From: Myxococcales bacterium
GTDB lineage: Bacteria > Myxococcota_A > Polyangia > Polyangiales > Polyangiaceae
Length of the DNA stretch: 64,000 nucleotides
Assembly (NCBI GenBank): GCA_043747615.1
Contig: JAYTOU010000086.1
Coordinates: forward strand, 8,191 to 72,190
Reading direction: 5' to 3'
In this document: one piece after another, positions 27,834 to 36,776 of the stretch
Layout: every line of letters begins with the position of its first letter
Position numbering within the stretch: position 1 is the first letter of the stretch
Made by a program: the position numbers and the translations under genes
Notes under the pieces: generated by a model
What the model was told of the DNA's origin: nothing
The model's input: only the letters and a program-made list of their open reading frames with translations
Database searches by the model: none

Positions 27834-29150
27834 ATGGCACACCTCCTTGCGGCTCCTCCGCCCCAGCTCCCCGACATGGCGATCGACGTGGCCGACCTCA
27901 CGATCGGCATAGCAATCGCCGTCGGGGTCGTACTCGCGCTGATGCTGGTGACATTCATCATCTCGCGCTTCCTCTACATCTGTACTCCCGACGAGATCCT
28001 CATCTTCTCCGGACGGAAGCACAAAATGAAGGACGGCTCGGAGGCAGGCTTCAAGGTCCTGCACGGAGGTCGGGGGATCCGCATCCCGCTCCTCGAGACG
28101 GTGTCGCGCATGGACGTGCGCCTCTTCGGGGTAGAGGTCTCCGTCGCCAACGCCTTCTCCAAAGGCGGAATTCCACTCGCGGTCCACGCCATCGCCAACG
28201 TGAAGATCTCCACCGACCCCGTCCACGTGCGTCAGGCAGTGGAACGTTTTCTCGGCGTCGATCCAGGGCAAATTCAAGTGGTCGCACGACAGACACTCGA
28301 AGGCGTGCTCCGCGAGGTCCTCAGCCAGCTCACCCCCGAAGAGGTGAACGAAGATCGTTTGAAGTTCGCCGACTCGCTCGTGAAAAACGCGAAGGACGAC
28401 TTCGACAAGCTCGGGCTCGAGCTCGATGTGCTCAAAGTGCAGCACGTGGCCGACGAACAGAAGTACCTCGTCAACCTCGGTCGCGCTCAGATCGCGACCA
28501 TGCTCCGCGACGCGCAGAACGCTGAAAATCAGGCCGAACAAACGGTAAATGAGTCTCAGGCGAAGGCCCGCCAGCGCGCGGAGTCAGCGCAGCAGCAGGC
28601 CGAATCATTGGTCCTTCAGCGACGAAATAATTTTCGCGCGGAGATCGCCAAGCTCGAGGGTGAGGCCAAGGGCATCGAGAACGAAGCGGCCGTCGCCGCG
28701 GAGACCGCTCGAGCGCGCGCCGAGCAAGAGCTCCAGCGTCTACGCGCCGAGCTCGCAAAACTTTATTTGCACGTGGAGACGGTCCTCCCCGCCGAGGCCG
28801 CCGCGCTCGCCGCCGCAGCGAGGGCCCGCGGAGACGCCGCCCCGACGATCGAGAACGGACGAGCGACGGCCGAAGCGCTCGGAATCGTGGCCAGCGAGTG
28901 GGCCGCAGCGGGCCAACATGGTCGTGAGGTTTACGTCCTTCAGCAGCTCGACTCCATCGTCCTCGCCGCAGTGGAGCGCGTGAAGATGCTCGACGTCGCG
29001 ATGCTCGAAGTGGTGGACGGTGGTGATGCCGAGAGCCTCAGCGCCGTTGCCGGTGCATTCCCGCACATGGTCGCCCGCGTGCTCCAAGAATCGAGCGCCA
29101 TGCTCGGCGTCGACGTCGTCGGCCTCATCAATCCGAAAGGGGGTCGCTGA
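27834..29150 (+). CDS. Flotillin / SPFH-domain protein 1
   Basis: N-terminal TM, PDEILIFSGR, GGRGIRIP, TLEGVLREVLSQLTPEEVNEDR, AE/AQ-rich coiled coil. Start uncertain (27801-27876). Confidence 0.9.
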   Translation: MAHLLAAPPPQLPDMAIDVADLTIGIAIAVGVVLALMLVTFIISRFLYICTPDEILIFSGRKHKMKDGSEAGFKVLHGGRGIRIPLLETVSRMDVRLFGVEVSVANAFSKGGIPLAVHAIANVKISTDPVHVRQAVERFLGVDPGQIQVVARQTLEGVLREVLSQLTPEEVNEDRLKFADSLVKNAKDDFDKLGLELDVLKVQHVADEQKYLVNLGRAQIATMLRDAQNAENQAEQTVNESQAKARQRAESAQQQAESLVLQRRNNFRAEIAKLEGEAKGIENEAAVAAETARARAEQELQRLRAELAKLYLHVETVLPAEAAALAAAARARGDAAPTIENGRATAEALGIVASEWAAAGQHGREVYVLQQLDSIVLAAVERVKMLDVAMLEVVDGGDAESLSAVAGAFPHMVARVLQESSAMLGVDVVGLINPKGGR

Positions 29151-30409
29151 TGCCCATCTTCCTCGTGCTTCTCGGGACGGCGTTCGTCGTCTTCTTCGTT
29201 CTCAGCATGATCGTTCGCAACCTGCTCTACGTGAGCACGCCGAACGAAGCGCTCATCTTTTCCGGCCGAAGCACCGAAGGAGACAACGACTACGGCTACC
29301 GTGTCGTGCGCGGAGGACGAAGTCTGCGCGTTCCGCTTCTCGAGCGCGTGAACAGACTCGACCTCACGATGTTCACGATCGACGTCGAAGTCAAAAACGC
29401 CTACTCGCGCGGAGGAATTCCTCTGAACGTCGTCGGCGTCGCGAACGTGAAGGTGGCCGGTGAGGAGCCCCTCCTGAACAACGCCATCGAGCGATTTCTT
29501 GACCGCACGCGGCCCGAGATCATGCGCATCGCCAAGGAGACGCTCGAGGGAAATCTTCGTGGCGTGCTCGCCCAGCTCACGCCCGAACAGGTGAACGAGG
29601 ACAAAACGCGCTTTGCGCAGACGCTGATCGAAGAGGCGGAGCACGACATGCATCGCATGGGGCTCGCGCTCGAGACCCTCAAAATACAGAACGTGGCCGA
29701 CGACGTGGGCTACCTGACGTCGATCGGGCGGATTCGGGGCTCCACTGTGCGGCAGTCTGCGGCAATCGCCGAAGCCAACGCGCAGGCCGACGCGGCCGTG
29801 CAGAAGGCCTCGAACACGATGAGCTCGGAGGTCGCGCGCATCGACGCCGACCTCGAGATTTCAAGGCAGCAGTACAAGAAGCGGATCGCCGATGCCACCT
29901 CGAAGAGGGTGGCGATGATCGCCGAAGCGGAAGGCCAAGTGCAGGCAGCCATCGTCCAGGTGAAGGCAGAGATCGAGCGGCAGGGCGCGCGAACGCTGCA
30001 AGTGCAACGGCAGCTCGACGCCGAGGTCGTCCAGCCCGCGGAGGCCGCACGAAAGGCCGCCGAAGAGCGCGCGCGCGGTCAGGCTGCGACCATCGTGGAA
30101 CAGGGAAAAGCGCAGGCGACGGCGCTGAAGGCCTTGGTCGAGGAGTACAAAAAAGCAGGGGGCGCGGCGCGCGAGGTGCTCGTGTTCCAAAAGCTTTTGC
30201 CACTCGTCGGAGCCATCAGCGGGGGCGACAAGAAGGTCGTCATCCGCAAGCTGACCGTGCTTCCCGTCGAGCACGGGGATGGCTCGAGCGCGAGCTGGGC
30301 ACGAAAGGCGATCGCCACCGCGGAGCAGCTGCGCGCGGCCACGGGCATCGACGTTGGCGCGATGGCGAAGAAGCTCTCCGGCGTGCCTCTACCACCGAAG
30401 GTCGACTGA
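29150..30409 (+). CDS. Flotillin / SPFH-domain protein 2
   Basis: PNEALIFSGR, GGRSLRVP, TLEGNLRGVLAQLTPEQVNED, PAEA coiled coil; 1-nt overlap with paralog 1. Confidence 0.9.
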   Translation: MPIFLVLLGTAFVVFFVLSMIVRNLLYVSTPNEALIFSGRSTEGDNDYGYRVVRGGRSLRVPLLERVNRLDLTMFTIDVEVKNAYSRGGIPLNVVGVANVKVAGEEPLLNNAIERFLDRTRPEIMRIAKETLEGNLRGVLAQLTPEQVNEDKTRFAQTLIEEAEHDMHRMGLALETLKIQNVADDVGYLTSIGRIRGSTVRQSAAIAEANAQADAAVQKASNTMSSEVARIDADLEISRQQYKKRIADATSKRVAMIAEAEGQVQAAIVQVKAEIERQGARTLQVQRQLDAEVVQPAEAARKAAEERARGQAATIVEQGKAQATALKALVEEYKKAGGAAREVLVFQKLLPLVGAISGGDKKVVIRKLTVLPVEHGDGSSASWARKAIATAEQLRAATGIDVGAMAKKLSGVPLPPKVD

Positions 30410-30451
30410 AACTGGTGACCGCGCAGCGCCTTTCGCGTACGTTTTTCGGCA

Positions 30452-31519
30452 GTGGCGCAGAAAAAGTCGAATGAGCCGGCCGATCTATCGGGCGCTCTTC
30501 ATGATGTTTCGAACGCGCTCACCGTCCTGCTCGGGTGGGTTGGGGAGGCGCGCGCGCCTGGCGCCTCGGTCGAGTCCATCGCGTACGCGCTTCGGATCAT
30601 CGAGGAGCGTGCACGGGCGGCCCGCGATCTGTCGCGCCGGGCGATCGGAGTGAGCCTTCCGGTCGCCGACACGCACGATCTCCTCGACCACACGCTCACC
30701 GAAACGCTGGACGCGCTCGCCCTCGAGGCTCAGCGTGCGCAGATCGTCCTCCACTTCGAGAGTCAGTCCGGCACGGCGGCGCGTGTTCCGGCGGCGACCG
30801 ATCTCTCCCAGATCGTCACCAACATGGTAATGAACGCGCTTGCCCACGCGCCCCGCGGGAGCACGATCGCGGTGACCGCGGAGACGTCGCCGATGGGCGT
30901 CAGCGTCGACGTCGAGGACGAAGGGCCAGGCATCGCTCTCGAGCGCCACGCCTCTATTTTTGAAGGGGATTCAACGCGCGAAGGGGGCTCTGGTGTTGGC
31001 CTCCGTCATGCGCGCGCGCTCGCCCGATCCAACGGCGGTGACCTCGCCCTGATCCCCACGCCCGCCGGAGCATTCTTCCGTCTGAGTTGGCCACGCGTCG
31101 GCGTAATGCCCTCCGTGCCGCCGTCGGCTGCGCGCGTCCACACCTTGGAAGGGACGCGGGTACTCGTGCTCGAAGACGACGCCGACGTCACGATACTCTT
31201 GGAGACCGCCCTTGGCGCGCGCGGCGCACGGGTCACGGTCGCGCACGACGCTGCCGGCCTTGCCCTCGCGCTCGTCAAGGGGCCGTTCGACGCGGCGCTC
31301 ATAGATCTGTCGCCGATCGCCGAGGATGTGGCGGGCAACGTGGCCGCTCTCGTCGCGACGTCCCCCGGCATCGCGCTCGTGTTCATCACCGGCACGGTCG
31401 ACGCCCTCCCCGAAGTGATCTCGCCCGGCGGAGTGCGCTGGGTCAGGAAGCCCTTCGAGGTGAGAGAGGTCGTCGCCGCCCTGACGGAGACCCGGAAAAA
31501 AACCCCGCACTTGACTTGA
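30452..31519 (+). CDS. Hybrid histidine kinase (HisKA-HATPase-REC) with no input domain
   Basis: H-box LHDVSNALT about 15 aa from the start; N-box NMVMNA; DEGPGI; GSGVGL; REC with LEDD, IDLSP, ITG, RKPF. Confidence 0.85.
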   Translation: MAQKKSNEPADLSGALHDVSNALTVLLGWVGEARAPGASVESIAYALRIIEERARAARDLSRRAIGVSLPVADTHDLLDHTLTETLDALALEAQRAQIVLHFESQSGTAARVPAATDLSQIVTNMVMNALAHAPRGSTIAVTAETSPMGVSVDVEDEGPGIALERHASIFEGDSTREGGSGVGLRHARALARSNGGDLALIPTPAGAFFRLSWPRVGVMPSVPPSAARVHTLEGTRVLVLEDDADVTILLETALGARGARVTVAHDAAGLALALVKGPFDAALIDLSPIAEDVAGNVAALVATSPGIALVFITGTVDALPEVISPGGVRWVRKPFEVREVVAALTETRKKTPHLT

Positions 31520-31553
31520 GCGCGGACATTCGGCTTAAGTGCGCGCCTCGTTC

Positions 31554-31637
31554 GCGAAGGTGGCGAAATTGGCAGACGCACTAGCTTGAGGTGCTAGCGC
31601 CGTAACTGGCATAGGGGTTCAATTCCCCTCCTTCGCA
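31554..31637 (+). tRNA. tRNA-Leu(GAG)
   Basis: Acceptor stem GCGAAGG/CCTTCGC plus discriminator A; D-arm GGCGAAATTGGCAGACGC; anticodon arm CTAGC-TTGAGGT-GCTAG; long variable arm; T-arm AGGGGTTCAATTCCCCT. CCA not encoded. Confidence 0.95.
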
Positions 31638-31653
31638 CTGTTACTCGTCACAG

Positions 31654-31697
31654 ACGGCCCCGGAAATGTCTTCACAGACGCTCCGGGGCCGTTTTTT
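31654..31697 (+). terminator. Rho-independent terminator after tRNA-Leu
   Basis: ACGGCCCCGGA...TCCGGGGCCGT inverted repeat followed by a T run. Confidence 0.8.
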
Positions 31698-31808
31698 ATT
31701 TCCGAGCTCCCCAGGTCCTCGATCCGCGATGACTCGCCGAGATGCAGGGTGGCGTGCGTGCGCGAGACCGACGGATGATCGAGAGCCACGTCGCACGTAT
31801 GAGAGCGA

Positions 31809-32405
31809 TCACGCGTCGCGCAAGGTGCCCTTCGTCGAGGGTACGCCGAGCGCCCGCGGATCGATGCGCACGGCGGCCATGAGCGACTTGGCGAACGCCT
31901 TGAAGCAGATCTCGATGATATGATGGAGGATGGTCCCGGCGTGGAGAACTATGTGTAGATTGCACTCAGCGCCGCGGGCGAACCCCTCGAAGAAAACCTC
32001 CGCAAGCTCGGTGTCCCACGTGCCGAGCTTCGCCTTCGGGACGGGCACTTCCCACACGAAGAATTGCCTTCCGCTCAGGTCGATGGTGGCCGTCGCGCGC
32101 GCCTCGTCCATGGGCAGCGTCGCCCATCCATAGCGGGCGATTCCCGCCTTTTCCCCGAGCGCTTCGGCGACCGCTTGGCCGAGCACGAAGCCGAGATCTT
32201 CGGTCGTATGATGGCCGTCGATCTCGACGTCGCCCGTCGCGCGGATGGTGAGATCCAACATCGCGTGCTTGGCAATCTGCTCGAGCATGTGGGTGAGGAA
32301 GGGGAGCGGCGTCTTGATGTCTGACGGGCCTCCGCCGTCGAGATCTACCGTGACCTCGACGCTCGTTTCTTTCGTCGTCCGCGAGACGGTCGCGCTTCGC
32401 CCCAT
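31809..32405 (-). CDS. hisB: Imidazoleglycerol-phosphate dehydratase
   Basis: RTTKET, FLTHML, IDGHHTTED, PMDEA, HHIIEICFKAF, PSTKG. Confidence 0.96.
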   Translation of the reverse strand: MGRSATVSRTTKETSVEVTVDLDGGGPSDIKTPLPFLTHMLEQIAKHAMLDLTIRATGDVEIDGHHTTEDLGFVLGQAVAEALGEKAGIARYGWATLPMDEARATATIDLSGRQFFVWEVPVPKAKLGTWDTELAEVFFEGFARGAECNLHIVLHAGTILHHIIEICFKAFAKSLMAAVRIDPRALGVPSTKGTLRDA

Positions 32406-32463
32406 TCCATGGCACTTACCACCCGGGGCGCGCCTTGGCCAAATCAGCTAGGCTACGCCTTCG

Positions 32464-33183
32464 ATGGAAGGGGACCACGACAGCGATCGCTCCCGGCGCA
32501 GCGACCTTCTCGCGGCCGAGGGGGAGCTCGACCCCTCCGAGCGCGATCGGCTCGTCACCCGATTCGGCCACAAATTCCAGGCGGGAGAGGCCATCTTTCA
32601 CGAGGGCGAGCCCTCCCGCACGGCCTTCATTCTGCAGGAAGGGCGCGTTCGCCTGCTCAAGCGGGTACGGATGGTCGAGCGAAGTCTCCTCCTTTTACGG
32701 CCAGGCGATCTCTTCGGCGAATCGGCGCTCCTCGACGAGGGGGCCCGCAATTCGACCGCGGTCGCGCTGACCGACGGCGTTGCTCTCGCCCTCGATCGCA
32801 CCACGTTCCTCTCCCTCTTCGAGCAGCATCCGGCGATCGCCACGCGCATGCTCGAGCAGCTGATTCGCCGCGTGCGTGACGCCGAGGATCAGATTGAGAT
32901 CATGCTCCTTCGCGACACGCAGTTCAAAATCGTGAGCGCCCTCCTGAAGCTGGCCCACCGCGCATCGGGCACGGCCGAGATTGCCATCTCGCCGGTCGAG
33001 CTCTCCTCCAGGGTCGGGCTCGACGTGGAAACGGTGAAGCGCAGCGTGCAGCGCCTCCGTGACCAGCAGTACGTGCGGATCGTGGGCGAGCGCGTGGAGA
33101 TCCCCGACGTGGAGTCGCTGCGCCGGCTCTACGTTCTCTTGGGGACAAAAGACGAGCTCACCGGGGATAACGCGCGGCGTTAG
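32464..33183 (+). CDS. Crp/Fnr-family transcriptional regulator
   Basis: cNMP-binding domain (IFHEGE, GRVRL, GDLFGESALL...RNSTA) and C-terminal HTH (ELSSRVGLDVETVKRSV). Confidence 0.9.
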   Translation: MEGDHDSDRSRRSDLLAAEGELDPSERDRLVTRFGHKFQAGEAIFHEGEPSRTAFILQEGRVRLLKRVRMVERSLLLLRPGDLFGESALLDEGARNSTAVALTDGVALALDRTTFLSLFEQHPAIATRMLEQLIRRVRDAEDQIEIMLLRDTQFKIVSALLKLAHRASGTAEIAISPVELSSRVGLDVETVKRSVQRLRDQQYVRIVGERVEIPDVESLRRLYVLLGTKDELTGDNARR

Positions 33184-33340
33184 GACTGCCCTCAGCGCAA
33201 GCTCCTGACATCTGGCTTCGAGCCAAAAAACCGTTGAAGTTCAAGCGGTTACAGCTGCGCAGGTGAAGACACTTCACGATTGACGGGGGCCGAGCGGTGG
33301 GCTAACTCAGTACGCTTCAGTAGCGAAGTACACCCGCGAA

Positions 33341-34225
33341 ATGAGACCCCTTTCCGCCCATCGATTGGTCCTTAGCCTCGCCACGGCGTTGGCGGTGGCA
33401 ATCGTGGGGATCGGGGCAGTAGCGTGCGGTGGTGGCAAAGGGGCGAGCTCTCCGAATGCGCAAAGCGCGGAGCGCCAGAGCGACTCGGAGTACGATCTTT
33501 CGAAGGATTACTTCTACAAGTCGCAGCCCCGCGCGGCACTTGATCACGCGCTCAAGGCCGTCGAGCTCAACGACGAGAACGCCAAGGCACTCTACTTCAC
33601 GTCGACGATCTATCTCGCCTTCTGCTCCTCGGAGCTGGGATTCAAGTCGCCGGACTGCCGATTGCCCGACGCCGAGCGCTATGCGCGCCTCGCCCTCAAA
33701 GCGGACGATACCTTCCGCGACGCACGAAACCTTCTCGGCCAAGTGCTTATCTTGGAGAAGAAATACGTCGAGGCGATCGCCACGCTCGGGCCGCTCACCA
33801 AGGATCCGGCGTACACGGCGAGCTACCTCGCGTGGGGGAATTTGGGGTGGGCGCAGGTCCTCAACGGAGACGTCGACTCCGGCATCGCGTCGCTCAAGAA
33901 TGCGGTAACGCAGCCCCGCTTCTGCGTCGGGCATTACCGCCTGGGAATTGCTTACGAGAAAAAGGGCGATCTCGCGCAGGCTGAATCCAGCCTGTCGAAT
34001 GCCGTCGGGGTAGAAAGTCCGGATTGTCAAAATCTCCAGGATGCATGGGACGAGCGTGCGCGCGTTCGCATGAAGCTTGGAAAAGTGGCCGACGCTCGCA
34101 TGGACTTCGAGCGATGCCGCGAAATTTCTGCCGAATCTCCCAAGGGGAAAGGGTGCATTCAGATGCTGACCAGCCTACGCGGCGGTGAGCGGACTGACGG
34201 CCTCGCAACCCCCCCTCCCAACTGA
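33341..34225 (+). CDS. tgl: TPR lipoprotein, Tgl/PilF(PilW)-like type IV pilus secretin pilotin
   Basis: Lipobox AVAC, tandem TPRs (ARNLLG, AWGNLGW, GHYRLG), multiple Cys; upstream of an HTH/RodZ-like gene as in pilF-rodZ synteny. Confidence 0.7.
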   Translation: MRPLSAHRLVLSLATALAVAIVGIGAVACGGGKGASSPNAQSAERQSDSEYDLSKDYFYKSQPRAALDHALKAVELNDENAKALYFTSTIYLAFCSSELGFKSPDCRLPDAERYARLALKADDTFRDARNLLGQVLILEKKYVEAIATLGPLTKDPAYTASYLAWGNLGWAQVLNGDVDSGIASLKNAVTQPRFCVGHYRLGIAYEKKGDLAQAESSLSNAVGVESPDCQNLQDAWDERARVRMKLGKVADARMDFERCREISAESPKGKGCIQMLTSLRGGERTDGLATPPPN

Positions 34226-34243
34226 CAGGAAAGCCAGGGGTAA

Positions 34244-34678
34244 GTGGTCAGCGAATCCATCGGCAACTTTTTGAAGCGACAGCGCGAGCATCGGCAAATG
34301 AGCATTGCCGAGGTCTCCCGTTTGACGCGCGTGCCCGTGCAAACCATCGAGTCGATCGAGAGCGATCACTTCGACGACCTTCCGGGTGAGGTCTTCGCTC
34401 GTGGTTTCCTCAAGGCGTACGCGCAGGCCGTCGGCCTTCTTCCGGCCGAGGTGCTCGCGCGCTACACGTCGAGCCGCCGGGTGGCCGTGGTGACCCCGCT
34501 CCCCGCGGCATCGCCCGTTCAGGCCGCGCGTGAAGGCTCGCGCCGCTTCGGGATGGCCATCGCTTTTGTGCTTCTGCTCATTCTCTTCACGCTCGCGCTC
34601 TCGATCGTACTGAAGCCGCGCGGTCACGACATGCCCCACGAGCTTTCGCAGACGGAGAGTTCCAAGCTGCACGTCTAG
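34244..34678 (+). CDS. RodZ-like HTH membrane protein (short form)
   Basis: SIGNFLKRQREHRQMSIAEVSRLTRV...IES..F..LPGEVFARGFLKAYA, then a single TM and a very short tail. Confidence 0.85.
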   Translation: MVSESIGNFLKRQREHRQMSIAEVSRLTRVPVQTIESIESDHFDDLPGEVFARGFLKAYAQAVGLLPAEVLARYTSSRRVAVVTPLPAASPVQAAREGSRRFGMAIAFVLLLILFTLALSIVLKPRGHDMPHELSQTESSKLHV

Positions 34679-34711
34679 CTCGGGCGCGTTGAGCAGCCTG
34701 CGCGGCACGGA

Positions 34712-35416
34712 ATGAAATCCATCAAGAGCGAAGCTCTCCTGGTGCGCGCGATCGCCTACGGCGAGAGCGACGTCATCGCTACCCTCCTCACGGCGACGGA
34801 CGGAAAAATAGCGGTGATGGTGCGCGGGGCGCGGAAGAGCTCCAAGCGGGTCGGCGGTGCGCTCGAGCCGTTTCACACCATCGAAGTCTCCATTGACGAT
34901 CGCGGGGGCGAGCTCGGGACGCTCAAAGAAGCGCGCATTCTCCGGGTGCGTGCCGGGATCGTCGGAAGCCTCGCTGCCCTCGATGCCGCCGGAACGGCGC
35001 TTCGTTGGGCTCGCCATCTCTGTCCGCCGCGGATCCCCGAGCCTGCGGCGTGGGACACGATGGTCGCCCTCCTCGATGCGCTCGACTCTCCCGGGGTCTC
35101 GCCGCGGACCGAGCTCTGCGTTGCCGCGCTCCAGCTCCTCTGTGACGTGGGTTATGCGCTTGATCTCGAGCGCTGCGTGAGCTGCGGAAAGGCCTGCCCA
35201 GTGGATCGGCCGGCGTGCGTCGATGTTGCACGCGGAGGGATCGTCTGCACTGCATGCGGAGGGGCGCGCTCCCGGATCACCCCAGAGCTCCGGCGCGTGG
35301 CGCTCCAAATCTTGACCGGCGAAAATCCTCATTTGACAGCGCCCGAGGCAGACGATCTCCTGCTCCTCGTGGACGAAGCGATGGCCGTACATACTGGATT
35401 TCAGGCGGGATCATGA
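34712..35416 (+). CDS. recO: DNA repair protein RecO
   Basis: YGESDVIATLLT..GKI..MVRGARKS, LEPF, C-terminal CVSCG...CTAC zinc finger. Confidence 0.92.
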   Translation: MKSIKSEALLVRAIAYGESDVIATLLTATDGKIAVMVRGARKSSKRVGGALEPFHTIEVSIDDRGGELGTLKEARILRVRAGIVGSLAALDAAGTALRWARHLCPPRIPEPAAWDTMVALLDALDSPGVSPRTELCVAALQLLCDVGYALDLERCVSCGKACPVDRPACVDVARGGIVCTACGGARSRITPELRRVALQILTGENPHLTAPEADDLLLLVDEAMAVHTGFQAGS

Positions 35417-36399
35417 AAAGTCGAGATCGGCGAGATGGGCTCCAAGTGGTCGCTTTCGGAGAGATCCTCTGGGACATTTTCGACGCAGGTGGCGGCGTCT
35501 TCGTACGTGAGCTCGGCGGCGCACCTGCGAACCTCGCGACGACCCTGGCGCGTGTCGGCGTACCGACGGCTGTGGTCGGCGGACTGGGACGCGATCGCTT
35601 CGGCGACGACCTCGCGGCGTTCTTGAAGGCCGAGGGCGTGGACACGCGATTCTTGGTGCGCTTGCCGAACCGCACCGGGGTGACCTTCGTGTTCCGCGAT
35701 GCCGAGGGCGAGCCTTCGTTCCTCTTTTATCGAAACCAGACGGCGGACATGAGCGTGCGCCGGGAGCACGTCGTCCCAGCGATGGGGAAGGCGCGTTTCG
35801 CCCTCGTGGGAACAAGCACCCTCGTCTCCGCGGGATTAGCGGGCGCGACCCGCCTCTTTCTCCGTCACGCGTCGAAGCACGGCGCCCACGTCATCGTCGA
35901 TCTCAACGTTCGCGCGCACCTGTGGTCTTCCAAGAAAGCCATGAAAGAGTCTGTTTCGAAGGTGATTTATGAAGCCGCGCTCGTGAAGGCCTCGCTCACA
36001 GATCTCGCGGCGCTCGACATCGGGAACGAAGCCGCGGCCATTCGCTGGGTGCGCGGAGCAGCGCCCAAGGCCACGGTGATCGTCACGCGAGGGGCAGGGA
36101 AGGCGAGCGCGTATGGCGCCCACGGCGAGGCCTCCCTCTGCGGACACGAAGCCACCTGCGTCGATGCCACGGGCGCGGGAGACGCTTTTCTCGCGGGGGT
36201 CATCGCTGCTCTCGTCGCCGCGCGGGCCGAGCCGGGAGCCGCGCCGTGGGAAGACCCTGCGACGTGGCTGGCGGCGCTCGACGTTGGGCATAGCCTCGGC
36301 GTGAAGGCCGTTTCCAAGATCGGCGCGGTCAGCGGTATCACCGGCCTCGCCCCCATTCGCTCGAAGCTGAACGCGCTAGACACTTCCAAGAGGAGCTGA
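35413..36399 (+). CDS. PfkB-family carbohydrate kinase (fructokinase-like)
   Basis: FGEILWD, GGAPANLA, GRDRFG, DLNVR..LW, VDATGAGDAF. Confidence 0.9.
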   Translation: MKSRDRRDGLQVVAFGEILWDIFDAGGGVFVRELGGAPANLATTLARVGVPTAVVGGLGRDRFGDDLAAFLKAEGVDTRFLVRLPNRTGVTFVFRDAEGEPSFLFYRNQTADMSVRREHVVPAMGKARFALVGTSTLVSAGLAGATRLFLRHASKHGAHVIVDLNVRAHLWSSKKAMKESVSKVIYEAALVKASLTDLAALDIGNEAAAIRWVRGAAPKATVIVTRGAGKASAYGAHGEASLCGHEATCVDATGAGDAFLAGVIAALVAARAEPGAAPWEDPATWLAALDVGHSLGVKAVSKIGAVSGITGLAPIRSKLNALDTSKRS

Positions 36400-36404
36400 C
36401 GTAC

Positions 36405-36767
36405 ATGGCCCAAGATCCCAAGCTGAAATGCCTCAAGGTGAGCTCTCCGCGAGGCGCTGCCATCACCGAAATCGAATGGGGCGATGGCCACAAGGGGGTC
36501 TACCCGCACGAGATCCTCCGCGGCTACTGCCCATGCGCCGGCTGCCAGGGCCACTCGGGAACGATCAGCTTCGTCCAGTGCTCGGACATCGCTCTCGAGA
36601 TCGACGCCATCGAGCCCGTCGGAAACTACGCCCTCTGCTTCAAGTGGTTCGACGGTCACAGCACCGGGCTCTACTCCTTCAAATACCTTCGCGCCCTCTG
36701 CCACTGCGATCTCTGTCGACCCGGCGAAAGCGCCAAAAAGGAGCACCCTGAGCTCGCTCGCATGTAA
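36405..36767 (+). CDS. DUF971 (GBBH N-terminal-like) small metal-binding protein
   Basis: W.DGH...Y....LRGYCPCAGCQGH and PVGNYAL..WFDGHSTGLYSF.YLR. Confidence 0.88.
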   Translation: MAQDPKLKCLKVSSPRGAAITEIEWGDGHKGVYPHEILRGYCPCAGCQGHSGTISFVQCSDIALEIDAIEPVGNYALCFKWFDGHSTGLYSFKYLRALCHCDLCRPGESAKKEHPELARM

Positions 36768-36776
36768 ATACTCTCA

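Noticed and set aside
31554..31800. tRNA-Leu as an integration site for an island or prophage
   Set aside because: No integrase and no duplicated tRNA 3' end were seen; it is followed by a terminator and hisB.
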